A DNA stretch of 63,289 nucleotides, filler included, from Octopus bimaculoides (taxonomy: Eukaryota), in NCBI RefSeq assembly GCF_001194135.2. It is 4 parts of 4 records of this genome, joined end to end, with 100 filler letters (N's around TTAATTAATTAA, not from the genome) between each part and the next. Parts side by side here need not be neighbours in the genome. Positions count along the whole stretch, not along the records: positions 8,973 to 31,515 come from NC_068990.1; 3 more parts are not named here. One strand, given 5' to 3'. The position numbers were made by a program, and so were the translations under genes. The notes under the pieces are model-generated. The model was not told where the DNA came from, did no database searches, and saw nothing but the letters and a program-made list of their open reading frames with translations. Shown in pieces: positions 11,723-25,200 of the stretch. Within the stretch, counting starts at the first letter, position 1. Each line of letters begins with the position of its first letter.

Positions 11723-12619
11723 GTAAAGCAAATAGATTTTCTCTTGTTGATTCTGTCTGTGTAATTTTGATTTATCTTTGTGCTAAATGTCTTTTGTCAG
11801 AATAGGAGTGGCTAAGTCTATGGCAATTTCCACTGTGATTGTGGATGGTGGGAGGGAGAAATGAAGCTATACCTCAGATCAGAGAATATCATTCCTTAAC
11901 CTACAGGTTTATGCAGATTTATCCCATTATGTCTTCCAAATTTTGCCATGATGATACAATTTTGCTGATACAGGAATACTTCTATTTTACCTATCAAAAA
12001 AACCTATGACCTGAAATCACTGTTTACACTACTGATTGGATGTCCTCAATAAATGTCATTCTTTAACCAACAGGTTTACACAGATTTATCCCATTTTAAG
12101 TCCTGCAAATTTTGCTGCTTTCACCCCATTTCAATGAATTCACACAAGGACAATATATTTCTCGACACCCTCACTTTCATTTACAAGTGGATAAGACCTG
12201 TCAGCCTTATCCACCTTGAACTTATTTTCCTTTGGCTTCACGGATGTAATATCATCAGGGCTAGTTCTATGATATAATGCGCATATTATACTCTTTAAAG
12301 TGGTTGGTAAATGAATAGTGAGATTATAATATTCAGAAAACCATTTATTTTTGTCTTATCAACAATATGATGACCTGTGTAGTGCTGGTACTATGATGAA
12401 TTACTCATTATACAAACTGGCAGTGGATGGTGTTGGCAATGGCATTCAACCAAGAAACCATGGCAAATAAAACATACGAGTGAGAAGTGAACCTGAAATC
12501 TAATAATAATTTAAAGGACAGTACCTCCAAATACAAACTGAGTCACTTACTAGAAAGTGTCCAGTCCAAGCCAACAGCTTGAAAATTAGACATGATATAA
12601 TAATAATGAAGATATATAT

Positions 12620-12669
<50 letters not shown>

Positions 12670-13365
12670 GTATTATATCATCTCATCATGGTAACACTTC
12701 ATTGCATTTTATTACAGAGAACAAATGTCTGAAGCCAGACACAAGGCAAGGTCACTTATAAGTATTTAACCCTTTTATGTTTAAACCAGCCATATCTGAC
12801 CAAAATAACTTGTTTGAAGTTAAAACTGGTCAGAATGGTCTTTCACAGCTACCTTACAGTGTCATTTCAAAAATAAACATTTGCATCATGGAAATCTGAA
12901 ATCCATGAAATAATGCATGATTAATTTAAAATGGTGTAAATTACATGAGTTTCACGTTTGACAGAATAATCTGAATGCTAAATGGTTAATGAAGCGAATA
13001 GAAAGAAAGCAAACATGTTGTGAAGAGGAAATGTACAAAGGAAGAGGTACAAAGTGGTGGAGAGGAAGAAAAAGAAACAAAAGGGAAAAGACTGAACAAG
13101 GTAGTAATAAAGAAGATAGAAAGTAAAGGTATACTAGTAAATAAATAAACACATAAATCTTTATCTTTTACTTGTTTCAGTCATGAGACAACAGCCATGC
13201 TGGGGCACCTCCTTGAAGAATTTTAGTTGATGGAATAGACCCCAGTAATTGTGTTTTTTTAAACCCTGTTACTCATTCTATTGGTCACTAAAATGTACCC
13301 TATTTTATATTGAGAATATGTTGTCAATTGACTTTTTATACATGCTAGGCCACTTCGCTACCTAT

Positions 13366-13396
<31 letters not shown>

Positions 13397-13914
13397 GTAT
13401 GTATGTATGTACATATTTAGAAAGGTAAGAAGGCAGGTGTGTGAGTAGGTGAGTAAAAAAGAAAGAAGATAGGTAGGTTGTTTGGCAAACTGCTTGGCTT
13501 TTGTTTGGTTGTGATTTGTAGGTGGGGAGCACCACACATAAAGCAGCTCCAGAACTCAGTGAGGTGGACAGGTTGTCTCAAGAACTTCATATACTCAGAC
13601 ACACCCATTCTTTGTCACTCCTTTGTGCGGTTCAACGTCTAGAGATCAACTCTGACATCTTTCTAATTCTTCTTCTTTCATAAGTTCCCTCCACTTTAAG
13701 TGATTGGTACTTCTTTATATAGCTATCTTCATCCAGACATATCACATGACCAAACCATCAGTATTCCTTTTATGCCTAATTTTTCTGTCAACACAATTAC
13801 ACATTCTAGTGCATGCACACTGATATTGCACATTCTTTGGCACACGCATTCATCTCTAGTCCCTGCAGATCCTCTCCATTCCCCGTCTACATCTCACTGC
13901 CTTATATTATAGCT

Positions 13915-14240
13915 TTTCATACACAAGCACATACAATCTGCCTTTCACTCAAAGCGAGAGATCTTTTATTGCTAACAAGGGTAAAGGCTCTCTGGACTTT
14001 CTCCATCTCATTTTTAATCAAGCAATTATACATTCAAAATATCTTCCTCCACTGCTAATTCGGTCATCCATGTAACAGACGCTGCCTACAACTTCATGGG
14101 GGCTTCCTGGAAAATCCAATTCCCATGTGTCCTTAACGTTTATTATTCTTGTACATTTGCTACATACAAAGACTACTTTCTCTGTTAACCTTACAGTAAT
14201 TCCATTGCACCTCTCATATGTCCTTATGTTACACTGAGTA
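13915..14240 (-). mobile_element. Degenerate RTE LINE fragment
   Basis: Reverse-complement similarity to 35035-35438 and direct similarity to 19185-19610. Confidence 0.55.
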
Positions 14241-14340
14241 CATCATATGGAATTCCTACCAACACTTTTCCTACTTATTTAGTAAGGCACACACATAATA
14301 TACATTCACCATTGATATCAGTTTCTGTTTTCAATTTCAG

Positions 14341-14511
14341 TTTATGCAAACATTGACTGTGGAAATCCAAAAGACATTGCTGGTGCAGCAATGTCCTATG
14401 ACACCACTACCTATAAATCTGAAGTGACCTATACTTGCCCAGAGGGAGAAAAACTAAAGTCAACATGTGAAAAGGACAACAAATGGACTCTAATTGTGGA
14501 AACCTGTAATG
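14341..14511 (+). CDS. Exon S2: Sushi/CCP-like module (absent from the ORF track)
   Basis: tttcag|TT TAT GCA...TGT AAT G|gtaaca; 171 nt, phase 1-1; YANIDCGNPKDIAGAAMSYDTTTYKSEVTYTCPEGEKLKSTCEKDNKWTLIVETCN. Confidence 0.9.
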
Positions 14512-14949
14512 GTAACATAAGCAGCTTCTTTCTTGTTCTCATTGTCTATGCAATTTTGTTTTAGTTTTGTGTTAAATGTGTTTGTCATAGGAAGACTGAC
14601 TGAATACATTGCAAGTTCCTCAGTGGTTGTGGTTGTTGGTGGGGGAGAACTAGTTATCCTCAGACCAGAGATCTCACAAATGCTTACAACAATGTGGACA
14701 TAGTCAATTTCACTCAAGGCCAGGTAATGGTATTAAACTGGATGATGGATTAAGTCCACCAACCAAGAGCTGGAACTATGGATAGTTTTTTCTCTCTTAC
14801 TCTCTTCCACATTGTTCACATCCACCAAATTTCTTCTTCAAGTCTTAGCTGTGAAGTGAATTTTTAACCATGCAGAAATAACTCTACCTTATACCTTATG
14901 TTTGACAAGTAAACTTATTACTTCCATAGCTATACTACAGCACATCTTG

Positions 14950-15839
14950 AATGTCCTGCAAACCCTGATGGAACAAAATCCCATCATAACCATTGAGGAA
15001 CTAGCAAAGAAGCTTGGATTTGGTCATTCAACCATTCATCGACACCTGCGTGCCATCAGAAAAGTCAGCAAATTGGGTCAATGGGTTCCTCACAAACTTT
15101 GCGAGTCTAATCGCAAACAGAGAGTGAATGTGTGCTCTTCTTTGCTGTCACATCTCATGAAAGAACGTCTTTTGGGCTGAATAGTGTCTGTTGACAAGAA
15201 ATGTGTTCTCTATAAAAATGTCAGGGGCTGAAGACAGTGGGTAAGGAAAGGAGAAACACCGGCACCCCAAGCTAAAGAAGGTCTTCGCCCACATAAGGTG
15301 TTGTTATCTGTTTGGTGGGATATGAAAGGTATAGTCCACTTTGAGCTTTTAAATCCAAACCAAATGATAACAAAGGACATCTACTACAAGCAGCTTGAGC
15401 AACTTTAATCAGTGCTAGAAGAAAAACAACCCTTTGTTTCAAGATGAAATGCTTTCTTCTATTAGGATAATGCTTGGCCACATACAGGAAAGGTGACATT
15501 CCAAAGGCTGGAGCATTTTGAATGGGAACTGATGCCCCACCCACCCATATTCACCAGACATTGTCCGATTTCATTATCATATATTCCACAGTTTTCAAAA
15601 TGATTTGGATGGAAAAAATATGAATTTTGTAGACAAGGTTAGAGCAGTATTGGAGGAGTATTTTTTGTCAAAGACAAGTGAATTCTGGAAGAGGGGCCTT
15701 GTAAGTCTACCAGATAGATATAAGAGCATTGTAGAAAATGAAGGAGAGTATATTTTAGATTAAAAAAGAACTTTGTTGATCTTAAATTATGAAAATAAAA
15801 GAAGTAACAAAAAACCACATTATTTATGGGATGACCCAA
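14950..15839 (+). mobile_element. 5'-truncated, decayed mariner transposon
   Basis: Transposase motifs GQWVPHKL, KVLLSVWWDMKGIVHFELL, DNAWPH, PPxYSPD with stops and frameshifts; right terminus ...ttatttatgggatgacccaa followed by TA. Confidence 0.9.
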
Positions 15840-16185
15840 TATCTACTGCTCAAGGTGTAGACTTGTGTTTGAGTTGGGAAACATTATCATTAATATTGTT
15901 CCTTATTACTATTCTTGTTGTTAAGAGTGATACATTGATAGAATCATTTGAGCATCAGACAAACTCTGCTGTAGCAATTTTCTGGTTTTTTAGCTTCAGA
16001 ATTCAAATGCTGCTGATGTTAACTTTACTCTTCCAGGGCCAATGAAATATGATACTGATCAAATGTAGAAGGAAATTTCATTCATCAATTCCTACGTCAG
16101 TTTTGTCTTAATTTCTATGATGGAATATCATTTATTTTGTTGTAGGTGTTATTGTTTATTGGTTTCAATTTTGTTTTAATTCTAG

Positions 16186-16425
16186 ATCCTCAGATCCATT
16201 TTGTGAAAGTAAAAGGTGCAGCTCTTGATGTAGCTGGCAAAATATTTTGGAATAAGGAAAATGTAACAGCAAAAGCCTGTGCAGAAAAGTGTTTGTCTGT
16301 CCCAAATTGTTTATCATTTGAATTAAGTAACGAAAATGGGCAATGTTTCTTATTAAGGCAAGCTGCAAGTTCCTCCGAGAAAATAAAAACAGTCTCAAGC
16401 AAAGATTACTACCAACGAGTAAAAC
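16186..16425 (+). CDS. Exon A2: PAN/Apple type A module
   Basis: ttctag|AT CCT CAG...GTA AAA C|gtaatt; 240 nt, phase 1-1; ...ACAEKCLSVPNCLSFELSNENGQCFLL...DYYQRVK. Confidence 0.9.
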
Positions 16426-18687
16426 GTAATTATTCTTAGTATTTTATTATTGAAATTATCCTCTCCTCATCTTCTGAAATTTGTGATTGCATTTGAATTT
16501 CTTGGAATAATTATGGACAACTATTTCTGTAAAGACATTGATAGGTTCATCTACATATAACACTAAACATAGACATGTTCCTGTAAAACAAAAACAATAT
16601 TAAGAACTATGAATACTCCTAAGACATTGTCATACAGCATTTGTTCACCTTGAACATTTTTATGGATGTTTTCAGTTGTATTTTGTGTGTGTGGGTGTCT
16701 GTGTATGTGTAACAAAGGAAATTCTTGTTCTTTTTCTTAAACTCAAATGGTAGTAGAAGTAGTAGTAGTAGCAGCTGCAGATTTTCTTCACCTCTCCATG
16801 TTGACATGGCTTTGACAGTACTATTACAACACAATGTCTCATTTCTACTTGCTGTGCTACTTAATCCAATATACAGAATTACAGAAAAAGTAATACCAAG
16901 CTGTTGTTGTGCATTTCCTATATTTTCATATGGTTAATATAGGAAGATAGCCTTCATGTCACCAACCATTTTACCACTCAAAGAGAGTACATTTTCCCAT
17001 ACATCTAGAATCAGAGTAGTTGTCTGCAGAGACAAATGAATCCTTTCTGCTTAAAGAACAACACAGCAAATAAAATCATTCAGAGCAGCTCAAGAATTTT
17101 GTCCTTTCCTGTTGAAATCCTTCCTTGCTGAAACCCTGGACATCAGAGGAAATTCACAAGCTTTAGTGATCTCCGTATTCAAATATTCATGGATGCCAGG
17201 ATGTCATTGCTTATGGTAAAACTTTCTGGCTCAAAAAGAAAGGGGATCCACTTCTCTAAATATTTATGTGGAACTTTAACTGAGCTGAAGTTGCAGATTT
17301 CATTGCAGTATTTATTCTTGGCACTCTCAAGAAGTTCAAGCACATTCACAGATCAGGTTTATACAGAGACAAAATCCAATCAATTTCAATAATATGAACA
17401 GTTATGACATGAAAAGGTCTAGCATGAAATTGACAGGGATCTTCAAAGAGTTTGATATAACCATAAGAATTACTACCAATCTATGTTCAACAAAGTGGAC
17501 ATTACCTTAGAACTGAAGTCTGGTGTCAGACAAGTAATATTCTTACAAAAAGCCTGACGAGGAGAACAGACATCTTCATAGGAATTTGAGCTCCTTCTTC
17601 CAAGTTATAATAAAACATTACAAAATAGAATCTCCAATTCATCCCCAAATTGAGAGATATCCATGACAGAATCCAATGCTAGCTGTTAGCTTGGATTGGC
17701 TTTTGTGAGAAGTATAAAAAGAGCATCTTCCACCAACACACTCGAAAAATATTTAGAAAGATGATAACTTTATTCAGTTCTTCCTTCAAACTAAATGTCA
17801 CTATGAACATAACAAGAGAATTTTTGTCTTCCATTTGACACAATTTCTCAGGCATGCATAAGCGTCACAAGCTATTTAATGCACATAGTGTTAATGTTTG
17901 TTACTCTTGTCTAGACATTACATCTAGCATTTTATGCTACAACAGGAAAGATACTCTTATACAACCTTTATTGCAGACATCAAATTGTGTCTGTCAAAAT
18001 CACTCCACAGAATTCTGCCTTTTTATGACAGTCATTTGTAGAACAACTTTCATTCCGCCTGATTCAGCACACCATTTTCATGCTAATAGAATATATAATA
18101 TATATTGATATAATACAATGTAATATAATATAAATGTATAAACAAAATCACAAATCAATGACTAGCAAGGCACAAATGAAAATGCTTCCTAACTTTCATC
18201 TATTTCGGCTATACGTACAGATTAATTACTATTTTTATTTTTTTATTTCGGTCGTTTTTCCACAAATATAAATTTTTATTATGTTTGTGGAATTTATTAT
18301 GATTAGGAGTGCTGCAAAACACCAATTACAACTGATAAATTGGTTGATCTACAGAGTAAAGCAGAAATAAACAAAATTGGATCTGTACACAATTAAAGGA
18401 GAGAAATACAAATGTATTATCTGCAGCTTACCTATTGAGACAAGGTTTCAAATAAGTCTGAAGATGTTCTACAAATCATATGCATTTTGATTAGAGTGTC
18501 ATTTTGCAGATCAATTATTTGTTTATAATAAATTGACCATTTACAAAATTATGCACCACATGCTTTACAGTATTTAATATATGCTAGAAATATGTGTGTG
18601 TGTGCATTTGCATGTGTGTCTGTGTGGGTGTGTTTGTATGGGTGGATGTATATAAAATAAAAATTCTTGTTTTCTATTTTCTTTCAG

Positions 18688-18921
18688 ACGATGAAGGGCC
18701 TATTATGCTGCAAAAGGTTGGTATACCAAGCAAGGCTATTTTAGGTCGGCTTAAGGATAAGACCTTAAAGGAGTGTAAAAAGGCTTGTGAACAATATACA
18801 GAATGTAACGCTTATCAGTACAATGATGAATCTAAGTTGTGTGATCTGAGTAATGTGACTCAGTTGAATGATGAACTTAAACCCAACGATGGAAGTTGGG
18901 ATATATTCTTAACTAACCCAG
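18688..18921 (+). CDS. Exon B1: PAN/Apple type B module
   Basis: tttcag|AC GAT GAA...AAC CCA G|gtcagt; 234 nt, phase 1-1; ...LKECKKACEQYTECNAYQYNDESKLCDLSNVTQLNDELKPNDGSWDIFLTNP. Confidence 0.9.
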
Positions 18922-19184
18922 GTCAGTAGAGTGTTTCTATTTCATTTGTGTGCATGCCTGTGTGTATTTATATATATAAGTCTGTATACGTATCTATCAA
19001 TTTATGTGTCTATATTTATACACATATGCATATATATACATATGTATATATATTTATATACACACAAGGTCTTGCGCATAACATCTGATGCCTCTTACAC
19101 CCAGTTTTCCTCTCAAATCATTTACACTGTTGTGCATGCACACTGACATTACCATCCAGCAGAGCATGCAACTTCATTTCTTTC

Positions 19185-19610
19185 AAGCCTTCACAAGTCC
19201 TCTGTAGTCAAAGCCCATGTTTCACTGCTATGTAGCATAGCTGTGCATACAGAGTCATCATACAATCTGCTTTTCACACTGAGGGAAAGCCCCTTAGTTA
19301 CCAACGAAGATAGCTCTCTGAACTTTGCCAGCCAGTTCTTATTCTAGCAACTATATTTTCAGAACTTCCTCCTCCACTGCTAACTTGGTCCCCTGGTTAA
19401 CAAAAGCTACTTACTACTACTAATGATTCTCCCTGAGCATTTGAAGGATTTTATTGTCAGTGCATTTTTAGTGTTTATTGTACTTGCACATTTGCCACTT
19501 ACAAAGCCTATATTTTCTGTTAACCTTCCTGTGAAACTGCTACACCCCTTATGTATCCAAAGCTTGCACTAGGTACTACACATGGAGTTTCTACCAACAA
19601 CCTTCTTACA
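19185..19610 (-). mobile_element. RTE LINE fragment
   Basis: Reverse complement aligns by eye with 35035-35438 (gaagttctgaaaatatagttgctagaataagaactggctggcaaagttcagagagc). Confidence 0.7.
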
Positions 19611-20804
19611 TATCAAGCAGGGGCATCTCCCTGAAGCGACTCGTGATTTGTCTGTTTTCCTGCGTATCACGACTTTGGTGTTTTTGCTAAATTAACTTTA
19701 AGGGCCTTAGATTCCAGGTCCTGAAATTTCTGCTCCTTTATTAATCAATCCATAATCAAACAATTGAAGAGAGTAGAGAACAGACTTAGCTCATTCGTAT
19801 TCTTCAGAGCTAAACTATACTGATTGCAAGGGAGGAAATTTTATGAAAGTAGTAGTGGTAGGTACTAGGTTATTTGTCTTAAGTATGTATTTAGCTGGCT
19901 AGAAAGAACTAGGGTGGGGAAGGGGCTTACACTGAGAACAACGCTAATGCTCTTCATATCTGACAAAGAAAGAATTGAAATACGAATTACTTTTAAATGC
20001 TTAATGATTAGAATACGTTGATATTGTAACTTCCAACTGCACTTTCTTGTTCCTATGCTTTAGTGTATCTTATTGGTAAGTTAGTAATATCAAGCAGCTA
20101 TTTTAATATGTATTTTATTTAATATATTAAAAACCAGAAATTCCTTCTGACTTACCCTTAACTTTCTTTTAAAATTTTTCTATAAACTTAATTTTTCTAC
20201 TCATTATTGTAAAAGCTATAATGTGATTACCCATCTGTTACATTATTATATATTTTCTGCAATCATTCTAATATTAACCTTATCCTGAAGTGGAATAATC
20301 TGACTTACAGGAGAACAGTAGGTTGTTCTCTTTGTTATAAATAGTTCACTCTGTCTTCAGTTTGAGAATATATTCACATCATGACCTAATAACAACTTTT
20401 CCTTTAATAATACTTCAGCATTTAGGAGGAATTTGAATTTGCTCTGTCCTGTGTTTTGCCACAACCCTGAATTAAATAGAAAGAGATAATGAATTTCAAT
20501 GGTCTTTTAGTCAGATGCAAAGAACTTTTATGTTTATTTCAGTATAAGCTACCTACTTCTCTCTAGTTGATCAAGTATTAACCAAAACTGTCTTGTAATA
20601 AGTGTCATAGTTCCTATAACCATTGCTTTGGTCATTACTGGAAGATAGTATGGTTTAGCTCTGAAGAAGATTAACAGAGTCTGTTCTCTACTGTCTTCAA
20701 TTGTTTGATTATGACATTTATTAATAAATGTGATTATTGTATTTGGGAACTATGATACTCCAAACTTATCAGGTAAGCTAACTGGAATAAAATATGTAAA
20801 TATC

Positions 20805-21221
20805 TGTAGTGGTGCATGTGGCCGCCATCTTGGGAAGTGCCATTGCGTATGTGCAAGGGACTAGCCGTCAGCGGAAGTACCCGAGCACGCATGCGCAATG
20901 CAACAGGTGGAGAGAAAGCAATAGCATTCTCTCTCTTTTCTCTCTAGCAGCGGTGGCGACAACACGTATCTCTTTTCTCTCTAGCAGCGGTGGTGACAAC
21001 ACGTATTGTCCCAACTCGACCCCGGCATGTGGTCGAAGCTTCTTTGGTATTCTAGCTGCATGCCTATTCACCCAGGAACGAAACGGCTCTACACCAACCT
21101 AGAATAAACTATTGATCTGTTGTTACCGTTATCCCTCGTGTTGTTGTATTTCTGGATTTAATGATTAATATAAGAACTGGGGAGAGATGGCCGAGCCATC
21201 ATATCTCATCCAGTTCTTATA
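20805..21221 (+). mobile_element. Probable solo LTR (417 bp), GC/CpG-rich
   Basis: Starts TGTAG, ends CTTATA (possibly decayed ...ACA), TATC directly on both sides (20801-04 and 21222-25), AATAAA at 21103-21108, internal tandem repeat of about 39 bp, terminal hairpin arms 21168-21180 and 21210-21222. Confidence 0.55.
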
Positions 21222-21600
21222 TATCCATCATTTTTGTACCTTTCCTATAATATTCTGTAATTACATACCAGCTTTACTTGGTGACTAAACTTTAGGATTT
21301 ACAAATTGGAATGGTGACGTTCTGTTAAAGCATAGATTATCTGGTTTTCTAAATCTATCACAGCCCAATTTTGTTTGTCTGGTTTCCTTTTCTTCACAGA
21401 GAGCTTACAAGATATTTCACCAGGCTCCTTAACCATTTCCTTTCATGTGATATACGTATGTCTGTATGTGTGTGCAGATGTCTTCAGTTTGTTATATAGT
21501 CAATATCTTTTATTCTAGATTTGTCCTTATCTCCTCATTCTCCCCCTCCTCCTCCTGCCATAGATTCACCGTTGATATCAGTTTCTCTTATCACTTCCAG

Positions 21601-21771
21601 TTGTTACAAAAGTTAACTGTGGACCTCCAAAGGATGTTGGTGGTGCAAAGAAGTCCTACACTGACACCACCTATAAATCTGAAGTGACCTACACATGTCC
21701 AGGAGGACAACAGTTGAAGTCAAAGTGTAAAGATGACAATAAATGGACTCCAGTTGCATCCAATTGTAAAG
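21601..21771 (+). CDS. Exon S3: Sushi/CCP-like module (correct frame absent from the ORF track)
   Basis: ttccag|TT GTT ACA...TGT AAA G|gtaatg; 171 nt, phase 1-1; VTKVNCGPPKDVGGAKKSYTDTTYKSEVTYTCPGGQQLKSKCKDDNKWTPVASNCK. Confidence 0.9.
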
Positions 21772-22107
21772 GTAATGTAAATAGGTTCTCTTTTGTTGTC
21801 TCTTTCTAGGTTTTTTTATTAAATATCTTTGTCAGAGAATGAATGACTGTATCCACGACAATTTCCGTGGTATTTGTGGCTGGTTGGAGGGAGAGAGAGT
21901 ATTTTTGTTCTGGATGTATAATATAACTTTTCAGTTCAAATCCTGCTAATGTAAACTCTGCCTTTCCATGCCCATTAAAATTTAAAAACCAGTCAGGTGT
22001 AGGAGTTAATTTTATTAACTTCTGCCTCAAGGTTTTGTCTTTTTACTACATTAAAAATCATTGATGTTTTGGTGTTTACATTTGTCTCAATCTTCCTTAA
22101 ATTCCAG

Positions 22108-22347
22108 TTTCTAAAATCTATTTTGTGAAAGTAAAAGGTGCAATTCTGGATGTACCTGGAAAAACTTTGGAGAGTACTGAAAGTGTAACAGCAGATGTTT
22201 GTGCAGAAAGATGTTTGTCTGACAAAAATTGTTTATCATTTGAAATAAAGGGAGAAAGTGGAAAATGCTATTTATCACAGGAAACTGCAGCTTCCTCCAA
22301 GAAAATAAAAGCAGCCAAAACTAAAGATTACTACCAACGAGTAAATG
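22108..22347 (+). CDS. Exon A3: PAN/Apple type A module
   Basis: ttccag|TT TCT AAA...GTA AAT G|gtaatt; 240 nt, phase 1-1; ...VCAERCLSDKNCLSFEIKGESGKCYLS...DYYQRVN. Confidence 0.9.
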
Positions 22348-22842
22348 GTAATTATTCTTTCTGTTTCTATTTTCTAGTTTTGCTGAAATTTGTGATTCCA
22401 TTTCTATGTCATAATACAGTCTGTTCCAATAGAACACCCACTTTTAAGTGGGGATAGATATTATTTCTTAATATATATATATTTATAGAACTGTTTCGGT
22501 AAAGACATTGACAAGTTTATCTATAACTACAGATATAAAGACATTCCTGAAATAAGCAATTTTAGGAATTGTAAATACTATTAGGGCATTCTCATACAAC
22601 ATTTGTTCATAAGTAACACTTTTCTGTATGTTTTCAGTTGCTTCTTTTTTGTGTGCTTGTGTAAGAAAAGAAATTCTTATCTTCTTTTAATCCTGAACGC
22701 TAGTAGTAGTAGTAGTAGCATTAGCAGCAGTAGCAGTTTCAGAGTTTGTGATGACAGTATTACTTCATACCACAGACCTCATTTTTTTTACTGGTATTAT
22801 ATTGTAACTACACCAGAAGGATGAAAAGCAGTATTTCCCAAC

Positions 22843-22900
22843 AGAGTTTGAACTTGGATTGTAAAGAGTTTGAACTTGGAATGTAAAGAGTTTGAACATG
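22843..22900. repeat. Short 22-bp tandem repeat, about 2.7 copies
   Basis: agagtttgaacttggattgtaa / agagtttgaacttggaatgtaa / agagtttgaacatgg. Confidence 0.8.
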
Positions 22901-23499
22901 GAAAATAAATGGCTTTTGCACAGTATTTCATTATTTGTTGCTCCCCTCTAATATGCAAAATATCAGAATCAATCTATTTACTAATCTGTTTAGTTGTGTA
23001 TCTCCTATATTTTGGCATAGTTATTATGCCTGGATGTGTTTCCTGTAAGCAACTTGTTGTGTACCACTTGTGTGCTGGGATCAATGCAATGAACTTTGCC
23101 TCTCCCCAAAATTTCAGGTCTTGTGTTTGTATTGGAAAGGATTATTATTTCAATACTACTACTATTATGTTCTGTGTTAAAACAGTATATAATTATATAG
23201 AAATAACATGAAATCAGAATTTTTAAGACAATATTAGAAAGCCATCTCATTCATTATTTTTCAGATAGATAATTTTTTATCAAAGGCACACTCAGTCCAC
23301 AAGAATATCTTTTTGCATAGTCACGCTTCTAAGAATTCATGTGCATTCTATTTTATCATAAGATGATTTTGGAAGCTCACCTCATAAGTTACATGTACAT
23401 TCCTCTTCTGCTGGTGTGCTTTCTTCAAGATTAAATGGTTTTAACAACACTTGACACATTGGCTAAACATTTGTTGATCAGCACTTAGACAATACTAAA

Positions 23500-23915
23500 T
23501 TAATCCATGGCACCACCCTTCGAGCGTGATTGTTACCAGCGTCGCCTTCCTGGCACTTGTGCTGCAGCTTCACGTTCTTGGCACTTGTGCTGATGACACG
23601 TGAAAAAACATTCAAGTGAGATCGTTGCCAGTGCAACTGGACTGGCTCCTGTGCAGGTGGCACGTAAAATACACCATTTTGAGCATGGCCGTTGCCAGTA
23701 CCGCCTGACTGGCCTTCGTGCCGGTGGCATGTAAAAGCACCCACTACACTCTCGGAGTGGTTGGCGTTAGGAAGGGCATCCAGCTGTAGAAACTCTGCCA
23801 AATCAGATTGGAGCCTGGTGTAGCCATCTGGTTCACCAGTCCTCAGTCAAATCGTCCAACCCATGCTAGCATGGAAAGCGGACGTTAAACGATGATAATG
23901 ATGATGATGATGATA
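23500..23915 (+). mobile_element. Interspersed repeat with internal ~60-bp tandem units and a (GAT)n tail (RTE 3' end or RTE-mobilised SINE)
   Basis: Ends ggcgttaggaagggcatccagctgtagaaac...gcatggaaagcggacgttaaacgatgat; other copies at about 28620-28900 (-), 35700-36140 (+) and 47770-47960 (-). Confidence 0.7.
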
Positions 23916-24121
23916 CACAACTTAAATTTTGAAGGAAGATTTCAAATGAGTCTGAAGATGTGCTAAAACTCACATGAATTCCAAGTTGTCATTTTGCAGA
24001 TCAATTATTTGTTTATAATAAATTGTCCATTTAAAACAAATTATGCACCAAATGCTGAATAATATTTAATGTGTTTGGGAGTATAAAATGTTTTTCTTGT
24101 TTTCTTTCCTTTCTTTTCAAG

Positions 24122-24355
24122 TTGATGACGATATTTTAAAATTTAAAAGCACTTCCATACCTGGGCAGGATACTTTTGGACAGCTGAAAAACGTGACTTT
24201 AAAGGAATGTGACCATGCTTGTCATCAAACTCCAGGATGTAACTCTTATGAATATAAAGAAAAAGCTAAGTTCTGTGATCGAAGTAATGCAACTCACTTG
24301 ACTCATGATCTTGAACCCAACAAAAAGGGTTGGGATACTTATGTCATTAATCCAG
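24122..24355 (+). CDS. Exon B2: PAN/Apple type B module
   Basis: ttcaag|TT GAT GAC...AAT CCA G|gttagt; 234 nt, phase 1-1; ...LKECDHACHQTPGCNSYEYKEKAKFCDRSNATHLTHDLEPNKKGWDTYVINP. Confidence 0.9.
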
Positions 24356-25029
24356 GTTAGTAGAATGTTTCCATTTTATTTGATTTTATTATGCACATGC
24401 TTGCATATATGTATGTGTTTGTGCAATATATATTGCTACATATATATATATATATACATATGTATGCATGGTTATAAGTATATATATATATATATATACA
24501 TACTACTCAAACAGGAGTACAAAGGAAATCGCATGGATTACACAGTTCACTCTAATTATCTCTTGATTACCAGTCATCAATCTAGTGAGCCAAGTTGTGT
24601 TATCACAGAATGATCAAAAGAGAATTTACCTGCATTTCACTGTCACTATGCCTTTGAGTTGTGTGTGTGTTAGGTATGTATGCATACACACATTGAATAG
24701 GTATGTATGTCCATGCACATATACTTATTTGAAGGTAGATGTACATATACAGGTATATGTACATATCATATACAAGTGTAAATTTCTTCAATTTCTTTCA
24801 CTGAATGCCTCAATGTCTGAAATTCAAAATATTTCAAGTGTGTGTGTATGTGCATGCACACATGTGTATGCATATGTGTATCTTTGTATTTATATCTATG
24901 TGCAAATTACTGCAATTTCATTCCCTAAAACCTTTCATTCTCCTCATTCTCACGCTCTTTGTATCCTCATTTTCACACACTTCATAACATATACTCACAA
25001 CTGATGTCAATTACTCTCTTCAATTTCAG

Positions 25030-25200
25030 CTTTCGCAAATATTAACTGTGGGCCTCCCAAAGATATTGTTGGTACATCAAAGTCCTACAAAACCACAGCC
25101 TATAAATCTGAAGTACTCTATACTTGCTCAAATGGAATACAACTAAAGTCAATATGTCAAAAGCACAACAAATGGACTCCAGTAACATCTTCTTGTAAAG
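25030..25200 (+). CDS. Exon S4: Sushi/CCP-like module (absent from the ORF track)
   Basis: tttcag|CT TTC GCA...TGT AAA G|gtaaca; 171 nt, phase 1-1; FANINCGPPKDIVGTSKSYKTTAYKSEVLYTCSNGIQLKSICQKHNKWTPVTSSCK. Confidence 0.9.

Noticed and set aside
16940-17790. Possible old transposon coding remnant on the minus strand (CPLC...IGS-like fragment)
   Set aside because: Too many stops and no unambiguous motif to assign a family by eye.
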